From a virus, in the IMG/VR virus record IMGVR_UViG_3300015189_000001, positions 1 through 47,474 of that record: a stretch of DNA of 47,474 nt; one strand, 5' to 3'. The notes beneath the pieces are model-generated. The model worked only from the letters and a program-made list of their open reading frames with translations. It was not told the DNA's origin and made no database searches. Of the stretch, positions 40,367 through 47,474 are shown in pieces; position 1 is the stretch's first letter, and each line of letters opens with the position of its first letter. The translations under genes were made by a program, and so were the position numbers.

Positions 40367-40710
40367 TGATCGCCGACCTCCACCGCCTGCACTTGCCGGA
40401 TGAGCGCCTGATCGAGCGGGTCAACCGCGCCGTCCACATTGAACACGCGCCCGGCGATGATGATGCGGTCAGCCGCGCGCACATCGGTGCCGGTTGGCAG
40501 ATTGATATGCCACGGAATAACCGCCCGCAGCTCGCCCGCAATCACGACCTCCTGCGCGGTCGTCGCCGTGGCGCGACAGGGCACACCTGTGGCGACGGTC
40601 TGCCAATTGTCGTCGCCAGGATTGCGCTGGATCGTCGCCGTCTGTGTCCAGCTCTGGGTCAGGCTGGCGAGCATATCGGCGCGATCGGCGGGTGTCAGGA
40701 AGCCGATCAT
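40363..40710 (-). CDS. Head-tail joining / head-closure protein (115 aa)
   Basis: Size and position, plus a pattern ending ...RIIIAGRVFNV that is typical of head-tail adaptor families. Confidence 0.55.
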   Translation of the reverse strand: MIGFLTPADRADMLASLTQSWTQTATIQRNPGDDNWQTVATGVPCRATATTAQEVVIAGELRAVIPWHINLPTGTDVRAADRIIIAGRVFNVDGAVDPLDQALIRQVQAVEVGDQ

Positions 40711-41165
40711 GGTATCCTGCTTCTCCCGCGCGGCGGGAGATATGGCGAGCCTTGATAGGCGGGATCGTTCGCATCGGGCGGATAGGTCGGCGTGATCGGC
40801 GCGGTGGTGGTGATCTGTCCAGCCACGCCCGGCCTGCCACTGCGCGCCTGGGTCTCAAGCCGCGCGATCTCGTCTTGGGTATCCTTGCGCATGCTCAGCA
40901 GCGTTTTCGCCTTGTCGCTCTGGTTGCGGCTGTGGTCGTTCGCAATGTTGAACGTGACCTGATTGCGCACGATGCCCAACACCGCATCGATCGCCCGCCG
41001 CTTGGTGTACAGCTCCTGCAAGCGTGGCGATACAAGCGCCTTATCCGCGAACGATGCCCACATGGTCGCAATGTTCGCAGTCAACACGCCCGTTGGCCAT
41101 GCGGCGGTCACCTCGTCGCCGACCTCCAGGATGATCAGTCCCTGAATGTCGGCGTCGCTACTCAT
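40707..41165 (-). CDS. Head-tail connector (gp6-like) candidate (152 aa)
   Basis: Position. The MSSDADIQGL start overlaps the upstream stop. Confidence 0.45.
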   Translation of the reverse strand: MSSDADIQGLIILEVGDEVTAAWPTGVLTANIATMWASFADKALVSPRLQELYTKRRAIDAVLGIVRNQVTFNIANDHSRNQSDKAKTLLSMRKDTQDEIARLETQARSGRPGVAGQITTTAPITPTYPPDANDPAYQGSPYLPPRGRSRIP

Positions 41166-41454
41166 CAGCGGGCGCATCCTCGATCGGCGCATCGGTCACC
41201 GCGATCGCACCGAGCTTCAGTAGGCGATCGATGTCGTGAACATTAGCGACCAACTCGTCGCTGCTGATGACCGCGCCCTGCGCCCACACGCCCACGGCCC
41301 CGTGTAGCACCTGGTAGTAGGTCACTTTGGGCGCTTTGGCCTGCGCAACAACCTGTGGCCGCTGCGGTGCCTTCTCGGCGGGCTTGTTCGGCGCTGGCGC
41401 GTTCGGATCGGGCGTGACAGTTGGGGTTGAGGTTATCTCTGGCATGGAAATCAC
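41158..41454 (-). CDS. Hypothetical protein (98 aa) downstream of the capsid gene
   Basis: Pro/Ala-rich N-terminus. Confidence 0.5.
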   Translation of the reverse strand: MISMPEITSTPTVTPDPNAPAPNKPAEKAPQRPQVVAQAKAPKVTYYQVLHGAVGVWAQGAVISSDELVANVHDIDRLLKLGAIAVTDAPIEDAPADE

Positions 41455-41510
41455 TCGCTTTCTGGTATCAACGTTCAGTAGAAGGGCGCTCAGACGGTCA
41501 TCAGTGCGGC

Positions 41511-42539
41511 TTAGACATGCATAACGACAAGGCCGGACGGGAAGTACAGGGCAGGCCCACCGTTGTGGCTGTCGAAGCAGGCAATGCTCGGCGCGTTACC
41601 TTCGGCCTCTTCGCCCGTCTTGTTGCTCACGTACATGTAGGCACCCGGCCCGAGCGTCGGGTTATTGGCGTTGCGGGTCATGATGTACTTGGCGATCGGC
41701 TGGCCAGCGGGGCGCTTGCCGGTGATCAGCACGGTCGCATCCGCGATGAACGGCGTGAATGTGCCGGTGACATCGGCCAAATAGCCCTCATCGTAGATGC
41801 GGATGGTCGGCAAATCGTCGCCCATGAAGATCTCGTTGATCTGTCCCAGGTTGTTGGCCGTGCCCAGGCCGGTCGTGCGCCGCCCGTACAAGTCCACGCT
41901 GTTGCCGTTCGTGCGCAGGTTGTTGTAGGTTTTGCGGTTCATCCAGGCGGTCGCAGACGCGCCCAGATTGACGCTATGCCCCCGCGCCAGCAACTGCACC
42001 GCCGAGAGGTCAGCCAGCGGCGTGGCGGTTGCGGACGTGGCCCACGGCACCACAGAGGAGTACTGCTGGATGGTGTACGCGCCCTGATGCGCGAGCGCGC
42101 CGTTTTTGGTGAACACGCTGAATTGCCCGGTCGTCAGCAGTGTCCAGCCGAGCCACTCGATCCGGTCGAGCCGCCGCTGCAACAGCTTGTCCTGCTTCTC
42201 GCTGATGAGATCCTGAATGTTGATCGACGTGGCGAACGTGCCGCGCTGGCGGCGCTCGGTCAGCTGAATCTCATCGATCATCTCGCCCTCGCCGTAGTAG
42301 CCGGGGCGCTCGATGTACGTCTTGCTGCCGGTCTGTGAGATCAGCGGCAGCGCGCCATTGATGCCGCGCAGGTTTTGCAAGCCGGTGTAGTTATCTTGCT
42401 GTTCCCACATAATGATCGAGGTGTCCATTTCCTCGATCGGCATGATCTCGAAGATGGGCCGATTGGACTCAAGGCGCGGCAGCTTGTCCTGCGCGATCTC
42501 GTTCAGCTCGGCGTTCGTCTGATACGTGTATGTTGGCAT
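41511..42539 (-). CDS. Major capsid protein (lambda gpE-like family)
   Basis: 342 aa, directly after a decoration-protein gene. ...YIERPGYYGEGEMIDEIQLTERRQRG... fits the capsid-E family layout. Confidence 0.8.
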   Translation of the reverse strand: MPTYTYQTNAELNEIAQDKLPRLESNRPIFEIMPIEEMDTSIIMWEQQDNYTGLQNLRGINGALPLISQTGSKTYIERPGYYGEGEMIDEIQLTERRQRGTFATSINIQDLISEKQDKLLQRRLDRIEWLGWTLLTTGQFSVFTKNGALAHQGAYTIQQYSSVVPWATSATATPLADLSAVQLLARGHSVNLGASATAWMNRKTYNNLRTNGNSVDLYGRRTTGLGTANNLGQINEIFMGDDLPTIRIYDEGYLADVTGTFTPFIADATVLITGKRPAGQPIAKYIMTRNANNPTLGPGAYMYVSNKTGEEAEGNAPSIACFDSHNGGPALYFPSGLVVMHV

Positions 42540-42595
42540 GGATCAAATCTCCTACTACTAGCCGAGTCGGCGCTGCCGATCGGGTCATGCATCGT

Positions 42596-43336
42596 TTAGC
42601 CTAATCGAACAACCCCAGCGGCAACCGTACCGCTCACGAGTCGCCACTTCGCAGCGGTCACTGCGTTGGCGTCGAGCCCGACCAGTGTCGCGCAGTCGAA
42701 CGTGCCCGCGAAATAATATGGGCCGTCCTTGCGCACTTCGCCCCACTGGCTGACGGCGGATGTCGCACCCAAATACACGTTGCCCACCGCGTCGATGTAC
42801 ATGTCGTACTGTGCGATGCCATACGGGATCTGGCTGCCATCGCTGTTGCCCGAGGCGTAGGCCTTCAGCACGCCCGCCGGTGCGCCGCTGGTCGTGTGCG
42901 CAAACGAGGCCGTGCCGCCGGTCAAGAGCGACGTGTTGACAGTCAAGAGCGGCTGCGCCTTGCCTGCGTACAGCGTGCCGCTGAAGGTGTAGACCCACGG
43001 CCCGGTGCTGGTGACCGCGACGCCCGAGGTGCCGAGCACGCCCGCCGCGTTCATGGCTGCTGCCTGGGTGGCCGCGTTGTCGCCAAAGTTGAGCGCGGTC
43101 GTGGTCTTCACCACGCCGCTGATCGGGTCGGTGTAGGAAATGGTGTAGGTGCCGCCCGATGCGGTGACCGTCAGGGTCTGCACGTCGTTGACGGCGGCGG
43201 TGACCGGGCCTAGAATGGTGCCCTTCAGAATCGTGCTATTGGGCACGAAGTTGGACACCAGGGTGATCGCGTCCTCGAAATCGTACACCGGATCGAGTCG
43301 GCTCGCAGAATAGATATTATTGGCTGCTACTGGCAT
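42596..43336 (-). CDS. Head decoration protein (gpD-like ends) with an inserted display module (246 aa)
   Basis: The C-terminus ...YYFAGTFDCATLVGLDANAVTAAKWRLVSG resembles gpD. The insert at aa 52-145 contains GGTYTISYTD...AATQAAAMNAAGVLG. Confidence 0.6.
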   Translation of the reverse strand: MPVAANNIYSASRLDPVYDFEDAITLVSNFVPNSTILKGTILGPVTAAVNDVQTLTVTASGGTYTISYTDPISGVVKTTTALNFGDNAATQAAAMNAAGVLGTSGVAVTSTGPWVYTFSGTLYAGKAQPLLTVNTSLLTGGTASFAHTTSGAPAGVLKAYASGNSDGSQIPYGIAQYDMYIDAVGNVYLGATSAVSQWGEVRKDGPYYFAGTFDCATLVGLDANAVTAAKWRLVSGTVAAGVVRLG

Positions 43337-43386
43337 GGTGTGTGCTCCTTAGCTACTGACAAAATGACAAGCAGGGATGCGCCCCG

Positions 43387-44478
43387 CTAATGCTGACCGT
43401 TCTTCAGGACATCCCGCCCGATGTCGGTGTCCTTCAGCAGATCTTTCTTGCGCTCGGGAGTCATCGGCTTCTCGGCGTCGGTCGTGCGCGGCTGTGTGTC
43501 TTTGTTAAACAGCGCGCCGCCCTCGCTGGTCGTGATCACCTCAGTAGTGAGCGTGTGCGCCGTGCGGGCCGCAAACATGGCGGTCAGTTGCTCCGCGCGG
43601 CTGCTGGTTTTGCCATCGGTGAACGTGACCGCGCCGTGCTGGCCGTCGTCCTGTGCGGCCTGGGTGAATGCGGCGATGATTGCCTCACGCTCGGCAGGCA
43701 GCGCCTTGTGGGCGGTGATCTGACTCTCCGCGAAGTGCGTGGCGTCGCTCGTGATGCGCGCGGCGGTGGCCTTGGCAAGTTCCGCCTTGAGGCGTGCGAC
43801 CTCGGCGGATTCGTCGGGCGTGGGGATTTTCAGCGGCTCACCGACTAGGGCGAACGCCGCCGGGGAGATCTCGGTTGTGGGCTTCTTGCCGCCGCCGAGA
43901 AGCCAACTAAGCCAGCTCTGACGTTCCTCATCCATGGGTGTCTCCTTGTTCATTGTTGCGGCTCCTGGGCACGTTGCCCCAGCCTTGACCAGTGCGTCAT
44001 GTGCGCTATCAAGATGTTTCTGATCGAGTGTGCTATTGCGTTTGGCAATAAACTGCACAATCTCATCACCAAACGTTGCCAGCTCGTCAGTGGGTAGCCC
44101 TTCGCTGGCACTGAACGCCGCCATCATCGCGGCCTCAGATACACGCGGGGTCTTCGCCAAGGCCAGCCCGATAATCTGCTTTTGTGGCCCACGGCTCCAA
44201 GTAGTGGAAACCGGGATCGGTGCGCCATCGGGGAAAAGATCGTGCAACCATTGCGGCACGGCAATCGCGCCATGCAGGATGTCGCCGCGCAGTTCAACCG
44301 TTTGGAGTTCACCGAGCTTGCCATCGAACACGCTGCCTTTGTGTTCGGAGTCGATCGGCACGGGCTGAAACGCCGCAATGGCCTGCTTGGCTTCATCAGC
44401 CGTAAGCGCAAACTGTTTATCGGGATAGTCACCGAGCTTGAAGATCGGCCCACGCCGTACTACCGTCGTCATAGCCAT
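43387..44478 (-). CDS. Prohead protease / scaffold-like protein (363 aa)
   Basis: Positioned between the MuF-like and decoration genes. N-terminal domain with PIDSEHKG (like Mu gpI) and a coiled-coil C-terminal half. Confidence 0.5.
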   Translation of the reverse strand: MAMTTVVRRGPIFKLGDYPDKQFALTADEAKQAIAAFQPVPIDSEHKGSVFDGKLGELQTVELRGDILHGAIAVPQWLHDLFPDGAPIPVSTTWSRGPQKQIIGLALAKTPRVSEAAMMAAFSASEGLPTDELATFGDEIVQFIAKRNSTLDQKHLDSAHDALVKAGATCPGAATMNKETPMDEERQSWLSWLLGGGKKPTTEISPAAFALVGEPLKIPTPDESAEVARLKAELAKATAARITSDATHFAESQITAHKALPAEREAIIAAFTQAAQDDGQHGAVTFTDGKTSSRAEQLTAMFAARTAHTLTTEVITTSEGGALFNKDTQPRTTDAEKPMTPERKKDLLKDTDIGRDVLKNGQH

Positions 44479-45311
44479 GCTCCAATCATCAGACCGGGCG
44501 CATCCTGCACCGTAAAGTCCGCTATGCTCATCGCAATGCCCAGATCCGCCCATGATTTCGTGACCGGAATTGGCGCGCACCGTCCGCCGGGATGCTCATC
44601 AAACGGCGCGGTCAGCGGGTAGCGCGTGCCATTCTTTGCCGCGCAGATGTCGCAGGCCTTGCTATCTGCGCTCCACTCCCACATACCGACCACATCGCTA
44701 TTGGCCTGATAGTTCGCCAGCGCCGCCGATCGGTATGCGTTCAGCGTCTCAGTCCTCGCAATCAGCTCCGCCCGCTTGTAGCCGCCCTCAAGCGCCCCGG
44801 CGAACGTGCGGGCAATCTGGCGTGGCCCATCGCCCGCCGCAAGCCCGCTCAGCAGCGCCTGACGCACCACGGCGGCCGTTTCTGGCGCGAGTGTGCCCAG
44901 TAGCGTAGAGAGCGGCGAACCGTCAAAAGCCCGCCCGACCAGTTGCTCGATCGCCTCGACTGGTACGCGATTCCATGTCAGGCTCACGCCCGCAGGTGCG
45001 CCCACGCCCGCCGTGATCTGCGCGTGCGTGTGCTCGCCAGCCAACAGCGCCGCATCGCGCTGCGCCTCGCTGATCAGCGCCGTGGACACGCGGGCGAACA
45101 CGGCCAGCCGCGCATCGACCTGCTGAATGAGCGCGGGCAGCCGTGCCTGCTCAAACGCGCCGCCGTTGCGGGTCTGGAGCGCCGCCAACCGCGTGCGCAG
45201 ATCGGTGGCTATGCCCGCGTAGGCGGCTTCCAGCGCGGCCTGTAGCTCGACCTCGCGCTGCATGAGCGCCGGGTCATCGAAGGGGTGCAGGTTGTTGGCA
45301 ATGTCGGTCAT
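44469..45311 (-). CDS. Head morphogenesis protein (SPP1 gp7 / Mu F family)
   Basis: ELIARTETLNAYRSAAL ... ACDICAAKNG ... HPGGRC. Confidence 0.8.
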   Translation of the reverse strand: MTDIANNLHPFDDPALMQREVELQAALEAAYAGIATDLRTRLAALQTRNGGAFEQARLPALIQQVDARLAVFARVSTALISEAQRDAALLAGEHTHAQITAGVGAPAGVSLTWNRVPVEAIEQLVGRAFDGSPLSTLLGTLAPETAAVVRQALLSGLAAGDGPRQIARTFAGALEGGYKRAELIARTETLNAYRSAALANYQANSDVVGMWEWSADSKACDICAAKNGTRYPLTAPFDEHPGGRCAPIPVTKSWADLGIAMSIADFTVQDAPGLMIGAWL

Positions 45312-45317
45312 AGCAAC

Positions 45318-45360
45318 AAAAAAGCGGCAGACAATCGAGGGTTTCTCGACTATCTGCCGC
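45318..45360 (-). terminator. Intrinsic terminator inside the head operon (stem GCGGCAGA...TCTGCCGC followed by TTTTTTG)
   Basis: Read on the minus strand. The U-tract ends 6 nt before the MuF-like ATG. Confidence 0.65.
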
Positions 45361-45404
45361 TGCCTTATTCAGGGGGGGGCAATGGTTATGCGGTTGTCAG
45401 GTTG

Positions 45405-45875
45405 TTATTCCTGGATTACGGTATACCCGTTCATCCTCAAAAAAGTGATCAGTACCTGCAAGAACTGCTCTTCAGATTCGAACTCCGCATTGATCTCTAC
45501 CGTGCTTTCGACGATTGTCAGCCGCCTACGTTGCGACAAGGCTACCATGATCGTACCAACAGGCTTGAACGAACTATCGGACATATCACGCGGCGTGCCG
45601 GGTACTGATTCAACGTTGAATAGGTGCTTCATGCCGCCGATGTCTCCCACTCCGCGATCTGTGCCGCCAGTGCCTTGCGCACCCGCGTACCGGCCTGCGC
45701 GTCCTGCCTTATCATAGGCGCTCTTGGCTTGGCGGAGGTAGTCATGGGATAGGTTGTACCGTTCAGCAACTTGCTTTAAGGTAATTTTACTTCCGGCGGC
45801 GCGGCTACGGTAGTACCACTCAATCGCCACATCAGCCGTGCTTACGATCTCTTCCCCGCAATGCGGGCAAATCAT
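45405..45875 (-). CDS. Moron: Zn-ribbon plus HTH-like N-terminus fused to an AT-richer C-terminal domain of unknown function (156 aa)
   Basis: MICPHCGEE..., KITLKQVAERYNLSHDYLRQAK. The C-terminal half, from MKHLFNVES..., is encoded by visibly lower-GC DNA. Confidence 0.6.
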   Translation of the reverse strand: MICPHCGEEIVSTADVAIEWYYRSRAAGSKITLKQVAERYNLSHDYLRQAKSAYDKAGRAGRYAGAQGTGGTDRGVGDIGGMKHLFNVESVPGTPRDMSDSSFKPVGTIMVALSQRRRLTIVESTVEINAEFESEEQFLQVLITFLRMNGYTVIQE

Positions 45876-46060
45876 CGTTCTATCCTTGCACTGCGTCGTC
45901 GCTCGGCACGCGTTGGGCGGCTCGGCGGCAGGCCTAACAGCTTCTCCAGGCGCTCAGCTGCCGCAACATGGATGCGGTACGCTTCGAGCAGCGTGGCGCG
46001 TTCTGTATCTAGTATAGCACGCTCCGCAAGGGGCTGGCTAGTTTGTGTTTGCATTGTCAT
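45872..46060 (-). CDS. Small protein (62 aa) overlapping the portal 3' end
   Basis: ATGA coupling to 45405..45875. Confidence 0.45.
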   Translation of the reverse strand: MTMQTQTSQPLAERAILDTERATLLEAYRIHVAAAERLEKLLGLPPSRPTRAERRRSARIER

Positions 46061-47474
46061 TTTCAGGTGCCTTGTCGTTCGGCGGCGGCTGCGTGGCGTC
46101 GGCGGGCGGAGCGATCTGTGGTGTACTCCCAGGGTCGCGCGCGGGCAGGTTCAGCAGCTCGTCAACCGCTGGATATTGGCTGGGGTCAAGGTAGCTCGCC
46201 TTCACCAGCGCGGCGATGGCGTTGGCGGTCGTACCGAAATCGACCTGCTCGACGTTGCCCAAGCTGACCTTTGGGCACAGCTCCTGCGCGGACTGCTCAC
46301 CGAAGTTCAGGCGAATGATCTGTTGCAGCACATCGCGTCGGAGCATCCGCACGACGGCGCGCCGCCCCTGCCTGATGAGGGTTGTGAGCACGTCCTGATG
46401 CGAGCGCGCCGCCGCACGCGCCTGGTGCTGCCCTTCGCCGGTCGCGAGCGTCTGTGTCAGGATGGCCTTGCTAATCTGCCGGTCGTATTCATCAAAGGCC
46501 GACAGGAACGCGCGCCCCTCGCCTTGTGACTGCACAACCGTGACCAGCGACCCCGCCTGGAACGCCAGCGCCGCGCCGTTGCGCCATTGCGTCAGCGTGG
46601 TGACCATCTGCTGCTCAGGATAGACCAGCGGGCCGGGTAGAATGTTGCCCAGCCCATCGGTCGGCGGCGTAGCCTCGGCACCTTCGGGCGTAAAGCCGAT
46701 CAGTCCAGGGCTGGCGAACTGCGCGAGATAGCGCAGATATTCCGGCCACGTCTGCATCTTGTTGTACCAGGCGGTGTTGGCGGGCCTGAGCAGGCTTGTG
46801 CCGCGCGGATCGTTGTCCTTCGGTCGGAAGGTCAGTACCGCGAACTTGGAGCGCGGCAGCAGGTTCTCAAGCTGCCCAGGGTCAGCAATCGCCAGCAGCG
46901 TACCCGTCTGCACCGGCACACCAGTGCCAGGGATGCGCGCAACGAGACCGAGCACGTTCAGGTAGGTATCCACGACGAACGCGGTTGAGCGGCGCGGCTT
47001 GACCTTCATCGACACGAGCCGCAGATGCTGCTGTCCGGTATACGTGCGCTCATCGCTCCAGTTCAGTTCCGCAACCTTGTTGCCGTAGGCGCACGCATCA
47101 AGCATGCCCCACAGCGTGTCGTCCATACTCGGATCGAGGTCGTTCAGCACCCGCTCGCAATATTCCAGCATCAGCTTGCTTTTGTCGTAGCCGTCCGCAT
47201 CCTTGTCGCTGATCGCAGGCGCGAGCGCGATGCCCTCTTCCAGCACCGACGCTTTGTAGATCGTGACGCAGCTGCTGACCACGGCATCAAACAGCATGCG
47301 CTCGTAATAGTCATCGCCAAAGTCGGCGGTCAGGTCATCGAAAGCCCACGGCAGCGACCGTGCGTAGTTGGAATACCACGCCAACCCACTGCCTGCAACG
47401 TACTGACGGCGCGGATCGGCGGTGACCTTGCCGGTCGTGCCTGCGATCGGTGCAATGCTGCCGTTGGGGCTGCC
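46038..47474 (-). CDS. Portal protein (body; the N-terminus continues at 128..172 across the circular junction)
   Basis: About 493 aa in total. It sits between terL and the MuF-like gene. The frame is open to the window end. Confidence 0.85.
   Translation of the reverse strand, partial: GSPNGSIAPIAGTTGKVTADPRRQYVAGSGLAWYSNYARSLPWAFDDLTADFGDDYYERMLFDAVVSSCVTIYKASVLEEGIALAPAISDKDADGYDKSKLMLEYCERVLNDLDPSMDDTLWGMLDACAYGNKVAELNWSDERTYTGQQHLRLVSMKVKPRRSTAFVVDTYLNVLGLVARIPGTGVPVQTGTLLAIADPGQLENLLPRSKFAVLTFRPKDNDPRGTSLLRPANTAWYNKMQTWPEYLRYLAQFASPGLIGFTPEGAEATPPTDGLGNILPGPLVYPEQQMVTTLTQWRNGAALAFQAGSLVTVVQSQGEGRAFLSAFDEYDRQISKAILTQTLATGEGQHQARAAARSHQDVLTTLIRQGRRAVVRMLRRDVLQQIIRLNFGEQSAQELCPKVSLGNVEQVDFGTTANAIAALVKASYLDPSQYPAVDELLNLPARDPGSTPQIAPPADATQPPPNDKAPENDNANTN
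47348..47474. repeat. Terminal overlap copy 2, identical to 1..127
   Basis: See the first feature. Confidence 0.95.

Noticed and set aside
41421-42338. 305-aa plus-strand ORF. The same issue applies to 18511..19242 (minus strand) and 19356..19988 (minus strand).
   Set aside because: They are antisense to the major capsid gene and the methyltransferase genes, which carry recognisable family motifs.

Overview
The window is one complete, circularly closed genome of a GC-rich temperate phage with a long non-contractile tail. Bases 1-127 are identical to 47348-47474, so the unit length is 47,347 bp, and the portal gene runs across that junction.

Minus-strand late operon (about 7180 down through the junction to 30565):
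- a lysis cassette with a bifunctional amidase/glucosaminidase endolysin and several TM or coiled-coil proteins
- small and large terminase, portal, MuF-like head protein, protease/scaffold, decoration protein, lambda-E-like major capsid protein
- connector proteins, major tail protein, G/GT chaperone with a canonical -1 slippery site, a 1074-aa tape measure, a Dit-like protein and a short fibre

Minus-strand early-left operon (11284 to 7868): driven by a consensus promoter, it encodes small Zn-ribbon, HTH and SWIM proteins and a membrane-anchored minimal GGDEF-type cyclase.

Plus strand:
- an XRE regulator and a cI/cro-like switch with four 12-bp palindromic operators
- a phage sigma-70-family factor
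- a prim-pol/SF3 helicase followed by an iteron-rich origin
- two orphan adenine methyltransferases
- xis-like and tyrosine integrase genes, then attP, which carries the 3' part of a tRNA-Lys(CUU)
- a nucleic-acid-metabolism block (VRR-NUC, ASCH-like, MazG-like)
- an envelope-directed block (secreted NlpC/P60, pentapeptide-repeat protein, membrane-tethered HTH)
- a small operon behind a duplicated promoter module

Most unusual items:
- a 690-bp gene-free structured region containing a tRNA-sized degenerate element
- the phage GGDEF-like gene
- one ~85-aa module inserted into three different virion proteins
- a low-GC moron with its own terminator inside the head operon
- the iteron origin
- an apparent antisense promoter into the repressor gene

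All functional calls come from motif recognition by eye. No database search was run.
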